25,265 bases of DNA, from contig JAZURC010000156.1 in the NCBI GenBank assembly GCA_045606005.1, positions 1 to 25,265 of the forward strand, given 5' to 3'. A program made the position numbers and the translations under genes. Below are positions 18,259 through 25,265 of this stretch, in pieces. Source of the DNA: Clostridia bacterium (GTDB taxonomy: Bacteria > Bacillota > Clostridia > HGM11514). The notes beneath the pieces are model-generated. The model made no database searches, was not told the DNA's origin, and saw only the letters and a program-made list of their open reading frames with translations. Position 1 is the stretch's first letter; the number at the start of each line of letters is the position of its first letter.

Positions 18259-18816
18259 ATGGTAAAATATCTGATTGCTGTATTGCTGTTATTATTGTTA
18301 GGGTTACTGTTGACAAAAATTAAAGTTACTTTTGGTTATCGTGAAAAAGCCTCATTTGTTTCTGTTCGGATAGGGGGCTTTTTGCTGAAGAAAAAAAAGA
18401 AAGAGAAACAAACATCTTCCCAACCTCAGAATAAGTCGAATGGGTTTTTGCAGCAGGTAAAAAGCTTCAAAGCCTTTTATACTAAAAGCCGAAAATATCT
18501 AAAAAAAGCGTTACGGCGGGGTTCTAAAAAACTGCGAATTGAACGGCTGGAATTTTTATATGTAGGCGGTTTTGAGGATGCGGCGAAAACGGCGCTTGTG
18601 TATGGGACTGTTTCGGGAATTGTGTATGATATTTATGCCTTGCTTCAACATTTTATCGGAGTGGAGCAAACAAACATTCAGATTTTACCCGAATTCAACA
18701 AAGCCGGTGTCAAGATTGAAACAGAATGGCAGATTTCCTTCCGTATCTGGCATATTTTCCATATGGGCTGTGCTCTGTTTCCCTTGCTTTTTCTCAAAAA
18801 AGGCGATTTATTGTAA
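18259..18816 (+). CDS. DUF2953 (YtfI-like) domain protein
   Basis: N-terminal TM segment; DAAKTALVYG...I...P.F pattern; located after scpB, the usual context for this family in Clostridia. Confidence 0.7.
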   Translation: MVKYLIAVLLLLLLGLLLTKIKVTFGYREKASFVSVRIGGFLLKKKKKEKQTSSQPQNKSNGFLQQVKSFKAFYTKSRKYLKKALRRGSKKLRIERLEFLYVGGFEDAAKTALVYGTVSGIVYDIYALLQHFIGVEQTNIQILPEFNKAGVKIETEWQISFRIWHIFHMGCALFPLLFLKKGDLL

Positions 18817-18868
18817 CATTTGAACAAAAAATAGCATCTCGTATTGGTATATTTGTCAAAAAAATGTA

Positions 18869-18897
18869 TTGCAAAATTAAGAAAAGGGTGGTATAAT
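18869..18897 (+). promoter_or_regulatory. sigma-A promoter with no downstream sense ORF
   Basis: TTGCAA-17 nt-TATAAT with extended -10 TGn. Confidence 0.7.
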
Positions 18898-18903
18898 TAA
18901 CTT

Positions 18904-18991
18904 GTAACATTGTTAAATGTTTTTTCATTTTCCCTCCTTTTTTTATTTTATATTTGGAAAGCCGAATCCTGAATGGGTTCGGTCTTTTTTT
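18904..18991 (+). ncRNA. Candidate small regulatory RNA (~88 nt) with an anti-SD CCCUCC motif
   Basis: Bounded by a promoter (18869-18897) and an intrinsic terminator (18961-18991); no plausible sense ORF; UUCCCUCCUUUU in a pyrimidine-rich stretch. Confidence 0.5.
18961..18991 (+). terminator. Rho-independent terminator
   Basis: CCGAATCC-TGAAT-GGGTTCGG stem (one G-U pair) followed by TC and T7. Confidence 0.75.
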
Positions 18992-19020
18992 ACTAATTTG
19001 TGAAAGAAAGGCAATCCGTA

Positions 19021-19049
19021 TTGACGACATGGGGATTTTATGATATAAT
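19021..19049 (+). promoter_or_regulatory. sigma-A promoter of galTK
   Basis: TTGACG-17 nt-TATAAT with extended -10 TGn. Confidence 0.75.
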
Positions 19050-19079
19050 AAAAGAAGAATTTCAAAGGAGTTGAATCGA

Positions 19080-20054
19080 ATGGCTGAATTAAGATGGAAT
19101 CCTTTGACAAAGGATTGGAATATGATAGCGTCTCACCGTCAGAACAGACCCCAGATGCCAAAAGACTGGTGTCCTTTCTGTCCCGGGTCGGGAAAGGTGC
19201 CGGAGCATTATGATGTATATAAATACGATAATGATTTTCCTGCTCTGTCCCAAAATCCACCGGTGCCTGACGATGTAGAAACGGAATTTTATAAAACAGC
19301 ACCTTGTCACGGAAAGTGCGAGGTAATTCTGTACAGTCCCGAGCATACCGTCACCCTGCCTGAGCTTCCTGCAGAGCATATCAGGAAACTGGTTGATTTG
19401 TGGGCAGAGCGGTTTACGGCTCTTTCTTTGGACGAAAAAATCAAATATATTTTTATGTTTGAAAACCGAGGTGCGGTGGTTGGTGTTACCATGCCCCATC
19501 CTCACGGTCAGATTTACGGGTATCCTTATCTGCCAAAACGGCTGGAGTTGGAGCTTTCTGCATGCAAGGAATACAAGGAAGAAAAAGGAAACTGTATGCT
19601 GTGCGATATGCTTTCAGATGAGCAAAAAAGCGGCAGCCGTGTCATTATTGAAAACGAGGATTTTGTTAGCTTCCTGCCTTTCTTTTCCGAATACCCTTAC
19701 GGGATGTACATTATGAGTAAGCGTCATGTGCAGAATATTACTCAGCTTACCGAATCAGAGCGGGACAATCTGGCGAAAATCTTGCGTGAAACAGCAGGAA
19801 CACTGGATTCTTTGTTTGATTATGCCTTCCCTTATATGATGTGTATGTATCAGAATCCCGTCAATTCCGAGGATGTGTCAGATTATTATCATTTTCATAT
19901 TAAATTTTATCCTCCCATGCGGTCTGCCGATAAGCAGAAGTTTAATGCCTCCAGCGAAACAGGTGCGTGGGCACACTGTAATCCTACTGCTCCTGAAGAA
20001 AAGGCGGAGGAATTACGGGCAGCTTATCAAAAATTTATGAAAAAAGGAGAATAA
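19080..20054 (+). CDS. galT: Galactose-1-phosphate uridylyltransferase (HIT-type, class I)
   Basis: ELRWNPL, CPFCPG, NDFPAL, FENRG and HPHGQ catalytic motifs. Start moved to ATG 19080 to give proper spacing from RBS AAGGAG. Confidence 0.95.
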   Translation: MAELRWNPLTKDWNMIASHRQNRPQMPKDWCPFCPGSGKVPEHYDVYKYDNDFPALSQNPPVPDDVETEFYKTAPCHGKCEVILYSPEHTVTLPELPAEHIRKLVDLWAERFTALSLDEKIKYIFMFENRGAVVGVTMPHPHGQIYGYPYLPKRLELELSACKEYKEEKGNCMLCDMLSDEQKSGSRVIIENEDFVSFLPFFSEYPYGMYIMSKRHVQNITQLTESERDNLAKILRETAGTLDSLFDYAFPYMMCMYQNPVNSEDVSDYYHFHIKFYPPMRSADKQKFNASSETGAWAHCNPTAPEEKAEELRAAYQKFMKKGE

Positions 20055-20056
20055 GA

Positions 20057-21247
20057 ATGGAAATCAGACAGGTGATTGATTTATTTTTAAAACGCTACGG
20101 CGGTACGGAAGACGGAATCCGAGTGTTTGCATCTCCCGGTCGGGTTAATCTGGTTGGAGAGCATACCGATTATAATGGCGGATTGGTGTTCCCTGCAGCA
20201 ATTTCCATGCGTTCTCTGATTGTACTTCGTCCCAGAGAGGATGATGTGATTCGCCTTTCCGCTACGGATTTGGAGGTAGTGGTGGAAGCAGACATACATA
20301 AGCTCAATGATTACCGTGATTTAAAATGGGGCAACTATCAACTGGGTGTTGCCTATGAATTGCAGCAGGACGGTTATGATTTACAGGGTTGTGATATGTT
20401 ATATGACGATACGGTGCCCTTGGGCGGCGGACTTTCTTCCTCTGCAGCCATTCAGGTGGCAACTGCTCTTGCCCTTTCTACCATGGCAGATGAAAAGGCG
20501 GGAGTGAGCCGCAAGGCAGATATGGTGTACTTAGCAAAGGTCAGTCAGCGGAGTGAACATCATTATGTAGGAGTAAAATGCGGCATTATGGATCAGTTTG
20601 CTTCCGCTATGGGAAAGGCAAACAAGGCTATTTTCTTAAATTGTAAAACCCTTGACTATAAGCTTGTTCCGGTAAAAATGGACGGGTATAAAATTGTGCT
20701 GATGAATACCAACAAAAAACGAAGTCTGGCAGATTCCAAATACAATGAACGGCGGAGCGAATGTGAGCAAGGGCTATCGCAACTTCAAACAGTATTGCCT
20801 CATGCAGAGTGCCTCGGAGATATTTCAATGGCACAGTTTGAAGAATACAAGGAAGTGATTTCCGATCCTGTTGTCAGAAAACGTGTGGAACACGTGATTG
20901 CCGAGGATGACAGAGTTCTTCGCTCTGTAGAAGCACTGCAGAACAGTGATTTAGAGGAGTTCGGGAAACTGTTGATTGCCTCTCACAACTCTTTGCGTGA
21001 CTTGTATGAGGTAACGGGAATTGAGCTGGATACTCTGGCAGAAGAAGCCATAAAGGTAAAGGGCTGTATCGGTGCAAGAATGACGGGTGCAGGCTTTGGT
21101 GGATGTGCGGTCAGTATTGTCCGTGAGGATGCAGTAGAAGTCTTTACGGAACAGGTGGGAAAAATTTATACCGAAAAAATCGGATATGCTCCCAGCTTTT
21201 ATATCTCCGATATTGGAGATGGCGGCAGAGAGATAAAACAATTTTAA
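20057..21247 (+). CDS. galK: Galactokinase
   Basis: SPGRVNLVGEHTDYNGG, PLGGGLSSSAA, CGIMDQFAS and GARMTGAGFGGC motifs. Confidence 0.97.
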   Translation: MEIRQVIDLFLKRYGGTEDGIRVFASPGRVNLVGEHTDYNGGLVFPAAISMRSLIVLRPREDDVIRLSATDLEVVVEADIHKLNDYRDLKWGNYQLGVAYELQQDGYDLQGCDMLYDDTVPLGGGLSSSAAIQVATALALSTMADEKAGVSRKADMVYLAKVSQRSEHHYVGVKCGIMDQFASAMGKANKAIFLNCKTLDYKLVPVKMDGYKIVLMNTNKKRSLADSKYNERRSECEQGLSQLQTVLPHAECLGDISMAQFEEYKEVISDPVVRKRVEHVIAEDDRVLRSVEALQNSDLEEFGKLLIASHNSLRDLYEVTGIELDTLAEEAIKVKGCIGARMTGAGFGGCAVSIVREDAVEVFTEQVGKIYTEKIGYAPSFYISDIGDGGREIKQF

Positions 21248-21296
21248 AATGTAGAAATTTGTTTTGCAACAAATTTCATGGAATGAATTGCTTTAT

Positions 21297-21387
21297 GCTA
21301 TAAACAAACATCGCCTCTCACCGTATCCACATACGGCTTCGGGTAACCAAAAGCAAGCCAAAACTTGCTTTTGCTCAGTTTGTTTAT
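21297..21387 (-). repeat. Structured intergenic repeat, copy 2 (91 nt)
   Basis: Stems CCGTAT/ATACGG (21321-21336) and CAAAAGCAAG/CTTGCTTTTG (21348-21373) are enclosed by ATAAACAAAC/GTTTGTTTAT; homologous to 8922-9013. Confidence 0.85.
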
Positions 21388-21415
21388 TATGCACTATTTT
21401 TCTCTAACCTCAAGA

Positions 21416-21455
21416 AGGGGCAGTAGCAAAACAACTTTGCTACTGCCCCTCTTTT
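21416..21455. terminator. Probably bidirectional intrinsic terminator
   Basis: Perfect 15-bp stem AGGGGCAGTAGCAAA/TTTGCTACTGCCCCT with CTTTT (plus) and TCTT (minus) tails, between convergent genes. Confidence 0.85.
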
Positions 21456-21472
21456 GTTCCGTTTGGAACCGC

Positions 21473-21622
21473 TTATTTTTTGTTTTCATCAACAAATTCC
21501 TTTGCATCCTCCACATTCTCCTGAGAGGGAATTGCTACATTGGTTCGTTTATCCCTTTTGTAGGATTCGGAAAGAGCATAGGTGTCATAGGGTTGAACAT
21601 TTTTTCTTTTTTCCGGTTTCAA
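21473..21622 (-). CDS. Small spore-associated protein, DUF3787/CDIF630_02480-like (49 aa; absent from the ORF track)
   Basis: TTG start 6 nt after RBS GGGGTGA. Translation MKPEKRKNVQPYDTYALSESYKRDKRTNVAIPSQENVEDAKEFVDENKK, whose C-terminal V.IPS...V..AKE.VD.N.K pattern I recognise from this family. sigma-G-like promoter upstream, terminator downstream. Confidence 0.72.
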   Translation of the reverse strand: MKPEKRKNVQPYDTYALSESYKRDKRTNVAIPSQENVEDAKEFVDENKK

Positions 21623-21641
21623 GATTTATCACCCCGGAATA

Positions 21642-21672
21642 TAGTATGACCGACATTATTCGATTTTATTCA
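21642..21672 (-). promoter_or_regulatory. Putative sigma-G (forespore) promoter
   Basis: Minus strand TGAATA-18 nt-CATACTA. The -35 overlaps the MATE stop codon. Confidence 0.65.
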
Positions 21673-23036
21673 CGGTCACCCAACGGTGCAATCACTCGAT
21701 TGTACAAGGAACGGTATCCGATTGCACAAATGATGACAGCGGCAATTTCTGCAATGGGAAATGCCAACCATACCAGATTCACATTTCCTAACTTCGACAG
21801 TAAAAACGCACTGGGAACCAGGAAAATCAGCTGTCTTGCAAAGGAGATTATCATGCTGAATACACCGTTCCCCATTGCCTGAAAGACAGAAATCAAAATC
21901 ACACATACGCTGGCGAATATAAAGCACAGACTGATGGTTCTAAGAGCCGGAACGCCAATGGCAATCATTGCAGGGGATGCATCAAATAATTGTAATAAAA
22001 ATTCAGGGAATATTTGGAACAACAACAGTCCCGCAAGCATAATGCCTGCTGAATAAAAAATGCTGTAGCGAATGGTTTTTGTAATTCTTGATCTTTTTTG
22101 GGCACCATAGTTATAGGAAACGATAGGCACCATACCGTTGTTCAAACCAAATATAGGCATAAAGATAAAGCTTTGAAGCTTAAAGTAAATTCCGAACACC
22201 GCTACTGCCGTAGTGGAAAAAGCAACCAAAATTTTGTTCATGGAAAAAGTCATGACAGAGCCCATGGCTGACATCAGAGTAGAGGGAATTCCCACAGACA
22301 AAATTTTCTTTAAAATCGTTATGTCAGGAAGGAAGGAACGAAGGGATACTTTGATTTCTTGGTTGCATTTGAGATTGAAAATCAAAGCCAAAACGGCACC
22401 GGCAATCTGTCCTGCAACGGTTGCGGCAGCCGCCCCTGCGATTTCCATACGGGGAAACCCAAATAACCCGAAAATTAAAATGGGGTCCAACAGTATGTTG
22501 ACGACAGCACCGGTTCCTTGGGCAATCATGGTATAAATGGTTTTCCCTGTGGATTGTAAAAGCCGTTCCAGCATGACCTGAAGAAAGCAACCAAAGGAGA
22601 AAACACAGCAAATGGTCAGATAAGAAACACCGTATTCAATAATTTCCGTTTCGCCGGCTCCTGCCTGTGCCGTAAAAAAGGGTTTTATCGCCGTTAAGCC
22701 AAGAATCAGGAATAAAAGATAACTGATAAAGCTGACGAGAAGTCCGTTTCCCGCAGTTTTGTTGACGGATTGAAAATCCTTTTGCCCCAAGGATCGTGAC
22801 AGATTGGCATTGACACCAACTCCCATTCCCACCGCCAGAGAAATCATCAGATTTTGCATGGGGAATGCAAGGGAAACTGCGGTTAGTGCGTTCTCGCTTA
22901 TCTGCGCCACAAAGATAGAGTCCACCACATTGTACAATGCCTGTACCAACATGGAAATCATCATGGGAATGGACATGGACAGCAACAGCTTATTGACAGG
23001 CATAATACCCATTTTATTTTCTTTTGGTTTGTTCAT
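21666..23036 (-). CDS. MATE family efflux transporter (456 aa)
   Basis: LSIPMMISMLVQALYNVVDSIFV, LNILLDPILIFG, GAAAATVAGQ and YNYGA patterns; about 12 TM segments. Start moved to ATG 23036 (RBS AGGTGA). Confidence 0.93.
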   Translation of the reverse strand: MNKPKENKMGIMPVNKLLLSMSIPMMISMLVQALYNVVDSIFVAQISENALTAVSLAFPMQNLMISLAVGMGVGVNANLSRSLGQKDFQSVNKTAGNGLLVSFISYLLFLILGLTAIKPFFTAQAGAGETEIIEYGVSYLTICCVFSFGCFLQVMLERLLQSTGKTIYTMIAQGTGAVVNILLDPILIFGLFGFPRMEIAGAAAATVAGQIAGAVLALIFNLKCNQEIKVSLRSFLPDITILKKILSVGIPSTLMSAMGSVMTFSMNKILVAFSTTAVAVFGIYFKLQSFIFMPIFGLNNGMVPIVSYNYGAQKRSRITKTIRYSIFYSAGIMLAGLLLFQIFPEFLLQLFDASPAMIAIGVPALRTISLCFIFASVCVILISVFQAMGNGVFSMIISFARQLIFLVPSAFLLSKLGNVNLVWLAFPIAEIAAVIICAIGYRSLYNRVIAPLGDRE

Positions 23037-23075
23037 ATTTCTCACCTTTTGTCAAAAATTTATTCACACCATTTT

Positions 23076-23104
23076 ATTTTACCTGTTATTGCTGTTTTTG
23101 TCAA
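23076..23104 (-). promoter_or_regulatory. sigma-A promoter of the MATE gene
   Basis: Minus strand TTGACA-17 nt-TAAAAT. Confidence 0.7.
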
Positions 23105-23171
23105 TTCACAAAACAAACGATTTTTTCCAATAAAAGAAAGCACAAACAGGCAACTGTGACAAGAACCCCAC

Positions 23172-23200
23172 TTGCATTTTTATGGTTTATCTGTTATAAT
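23172..23200 (+). promoter_or_regulatory. sigma-A promoter of the DUF308-like gene
   Basis: TTGCAT-17 nt-TATAAT with extended -10 TGn. Confidence 0.65.
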
Positions 23201-23238
23201 GAATACAAAACAAGCCACTTAAAAGGAAGTGATTGAAT

Positions 23239-23772
23239 ATGATTCAAAAGGAACCCGTTTGCTGGAGTGCGGTTGTTGCCTCCTTGATTTATTTCGGATT
23301 AGGGTTAGTGCTGATTCTCCGTCCTCATGACAGCAGTCTGTTTTTATGTTATATCGTCGGGATTGCACTGACCGGATACGGACTTTTTCATTTGATTTCT
23401 TATTTTCGGAATGTCCGAAAAACAGGAGCGGTTCTGTTGATAGGGGTGCTGTCTACAGCCTTTGGAATTTATACCTTGTTTCGCCCTACCGCTATTCAGG
23501 GGATTTTGTTCATTACATTAGGAATTCTGATTGTGTTAAACAGTCTTTCCGCTCTGCGACAGGCGACCCTGTTAAAAGCCTTGTCTTTTCATTTTTGGTG
23601 GATTCCCGCCTTGTATTCTCTTTTCATAACTTTGCTTGGGTTTGTCATTATTTTCAATTATGAATGGTTTGGCGATTTTTTGATGTTTCTCACAGGAATG
23701 ATTATGATGCTGGAAGCGATTTCAAATTTTTGGCTGATGCATCGGATTCATTTGTTAGAGAAAAATAAATAA
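23239..23772 (+). CDS. HdeD/DUF308-like membrane protein (177 aa)
   Basis: About six short TM hairpins (LGLVLILRP...YIVGIAL...G; LSTAFGIYTLFRP...ITLGILIV). ATG 23239 is preferred over TTG 23233 on RBS spacing. Confidence 0.75.
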   Translation: MIQKEPVCWSAVVASLIYFGLGLVLILRPHDSSLFLCYIVGIALTGYGLFHLISYFRNVRKTGAVLLIGVLSTAFGIYTLFRPTAIQGILFITLGILIVLNSLSALRQATLLKALSFHFWWIPALYSLFITLLGFVIIFNYEWFGDFLMFLTGMIMMLEAISNFWLMHRIHLLEKNK

Positions 23773-23897
23773 CTGCAGAAAAACGGGGGTGTAAGAGGCG
23801 TACTCATAAGGAATTAGGATTATCCTAAATATGTCGGAAGATACTATATATCTTTCCTGCTTGTTACAGTGATGGACAAATTATTATCCTAAAAGTC

Positions 23898-23926
23898 TTG
23901 AAAAAAATATTTTTTTATGATATAAT
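23898..23926 (+). promoter_or_regulatory. sigma-A promoter of the R-M genes
   Basis: TTGAAA-17 nt-TATAAT with extended -10 TGn. Confidence 0.7.
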
Positions 23927-23958
23927 TTTATTATAAATTTAAAAAGAGAAGAGGTGTC

Positions 23959-24894
23959 ATGATGGAAGTACTTGATTATAAGTATGAATGTAAAAATGCA
24001 TTGGATTTTTGCAAGGAACTACCTTCTAAATCAATAAAACTTATTATAACATCTCCACCATATAATATTGGCAAAACTTATGAAACAAAAACTAGTATTG
24101 AACAGTATATTAAAAACCTTGAGCCTATGCTTATAGAATTTGAACGCATTCTCGCTGATGATGGAAGTTTATGTTGGCAAACAGGTAACTTCGTTGATAA
24201 TGGCGAAATCTATCCTTTAGATATCTATTTTTATCCGTTTTTCAAAAAACTTGGATTACACCTCCGTAATCGCATTATTTGGCATTTTGGTCATGGTTTA
24301 CACTGTTCAAAGCGTTTTAGTGGAAGATATGAAACTATTCTTTGGTTTACAAAAACTAATGAATATACGTTTAATCTGGATGACGTTAGAATACCATCAA
24401 AATACCCTGGAAAAAGACATTTTAAGGGTGAAAAAAAGGGGAAACTTAGCGGGAATCCAAAGGGAAAAAATCCAGAAGATGTATGGAATATGACTTTAGA
24501 AAGATTGTATGATGATTGGGATGCGCTTATTTGGGAAATTCCCAATGTAAAAAATAATCATCCGGAAAAGCTAAACCATCCGTGTCAATTTCCGGTAGAA
24601 TTGGTTGAAAGATGTGTTTTGGCGCTATCTAACGCAGGGGACATAGTGTACGATCCGTTTGCTGGTGTTGGTTCTTCATTGATTGCAGCGTTAAAAAATA
24701 ACAGAAAAGCTTACGGGACCGAATGGGAACAAGAATATGTTAATACAGGCCTACATAGGATTGAAAAATTGAGAAAAGATGAATTGAAAACCAGACCAAT
24801 TTATCAGAAAATATGGCAACCAAGCACAACAGATAAAATCGCACAAATTCCATTAGAATGGAGAGATATAAATGAAAATAGCCAATCTATATAG
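23959..24894 (+). CDS. Site-specific DNA methyltransferase, N4-C/N6-A family (beta order), type II R-M
   Basis: Catalytic motif IV TSPPY near the N-terminus, HPCQFP, and SAM motif I DPFAGVGS near the C-terminus; 311 aa. Confidence 0.92.
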   Translation: MMEVLDYKYECKNALDFCKELPSKSIKLIITSPPYNIGKTYETKTSIEQYIKNLEPMLIEFERILADDGSLCWQTGNFVDNGEIYPLDIYFYPFFKKLGLHLRNRIIWHFGHGLHCSKRFSGRYETILWFTKTNEYTFNLDDVRIPSKYPGKRHFKGEKKGKLSGNPKGKNPEDVWNMTLERLYDDWDALIWEIPNVKNNHPEKLNHPCQFPVELVERCVLALSNAGDIVYDPFAGVGSSLIAALKNNRKAYGTEWEQEYVNTGLHRIEKLRKDELKTRPIYQKIWQPSTTDKIAQIPLEWRDINENSQSI

Positions 24895-25093
24895 TCATTT
24901 AAATGGTTATGAATATATGCTTGTTCATCGCAGTGACTTATGGGATGAAATTGTATCTGCTATTACGTCTATTGAGGCTAATGATTATACAAAAATTAGT
25001 CGTGCAAAACCTTCATTAGGGAAAACAATGTATGATCAGAAAGCAATAAATAAGCGATTTGAGGAAATTCTGTTTCCTCAAAATTGGGAATCT
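24872..25093 (+). CDS. Restriction endonuclease, BglII/BstYI-like family; N-terminal 74 codons only (remainder not in the assembly)
   Basis: MKIANLYSHLNGYEYM...W.EI...I...TKIS..K...G..MY....IN..F.......W.ES N-terminus recalled for this family; overlaps the MTase stop by 23 nt; genuine sequence ends where the adapter begins. Confidence 0.7.
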
Positions 25094-25177
25094 AAGTCGG
25101 AGGCCAAGCGGTCTTAGGAAGACAAGGCACTTCCACAACTCCTTGGCTCACAGAACGACATGGCTACGATCCGACTT
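25094..25177 (+). other. MGI/BGI DNBSEQ library adapter-barcode-adapter (artefact)
   Basis: 25094-25125 = AAGTCGGAGGCCAAGCGGTCTTAGGAAGACAA; 25126-25135 = 10-nt index GGCACTTCCA; 25136-25177 = reverse complement of AAGTCGGATCGTAGCCATGTCGTTCTGTGAGCCAAGGAGTTG. Confidence 0.95.
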
Positions 25178-25265
25178 AAAACCTTCATTAGGGAAAACAA
25201 TGTATGATCAGAAAGCAATAAATAAGCGATTTGAGGAAATTCTGTTTCCTCAAAATTGGGAATCT
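25178..25265 (+). repeat. Exact 88-bp copy of 25006-25093 (re-read of a short library insert; artefact)
   Basis: Base-for-base identity, separated only by the adapter cassette. Confidence 0.93.

Noticed and set aside
23802-23830. dif-like Xer site (TTATCCTAAAT resembles an XerD arm)
   Set aside because: No matching XerC arm at the required 6-bp spacing.
24872-25117. Endonuclease pseudogene (81-aa ORF)
   Set aside because: The stop codon lies inside the adapter; nothing can be said about gene integrity.
25094-25177. Apparent MITE with terminal inverted repeats and an 88-bp target duplication inactivating the endonuclease
   Set aside because: The sequence is the MGI adapter pair plus barcode, so it is an artefact.
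1-25265. CRISPR array, tRNA/rRNA, integrase or transposase
   Set aside because: No regularly spaced repeats, cloverleaf or T-loop motifs, or recombinase motifs were found by eye.

Overview
A 25.3-kb chromosomal segment from a spore-forming Clostridia-type Bacillota. The taxon is inferred from gene content and from sigma-A, sigma-E and sigma-G-like promoters. Left to right: two tandem paralogous GT-C-like membrane proteins (the first 5'-truncated) plus an uncharacterised 540-aa protein; glnS-trmB-glyA; rarA; an orphan 4-TM protein; a secreted M23 peptidase; glgC-glgD (minus strand); lysA, site-2 protease, scpA, scpB and a DUF2953-like gene; galT-galK; a MATE transporter (minus strand); a DUF308-like membrane protein; and an AT-rich type II restriction-modification pair (N4/N6 MTase plus BglII/BstYI-like endonuclease). 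The most interesting items are not in the ORF track. (1) A ~91-nt intergenic element is present twice (8922-9013, 21297-21387); its differences are compensatory or loop-confined and point to a minus-strand three-way-junction structure. (2) A ~88-nt candidate sRNA with its own promoter, terminator and anti-Shine-Dalgarno motif lies upstream of galT. (3) An unannotated 49-aa DUF3787-like spore gene has a near-consensus sigma-G promoter. The last 172 nt are a sequencing artefact (MGI/DNBSEQ adapter-barcode-adapter plus a re-read of an 88-bp insert), so the apparent truncation of the endonuclease is not biological evidence. No tRNA, rRNA, CRISPR array or transposase was seen. All family assignments come from motif recognition by eye; no database search was run.
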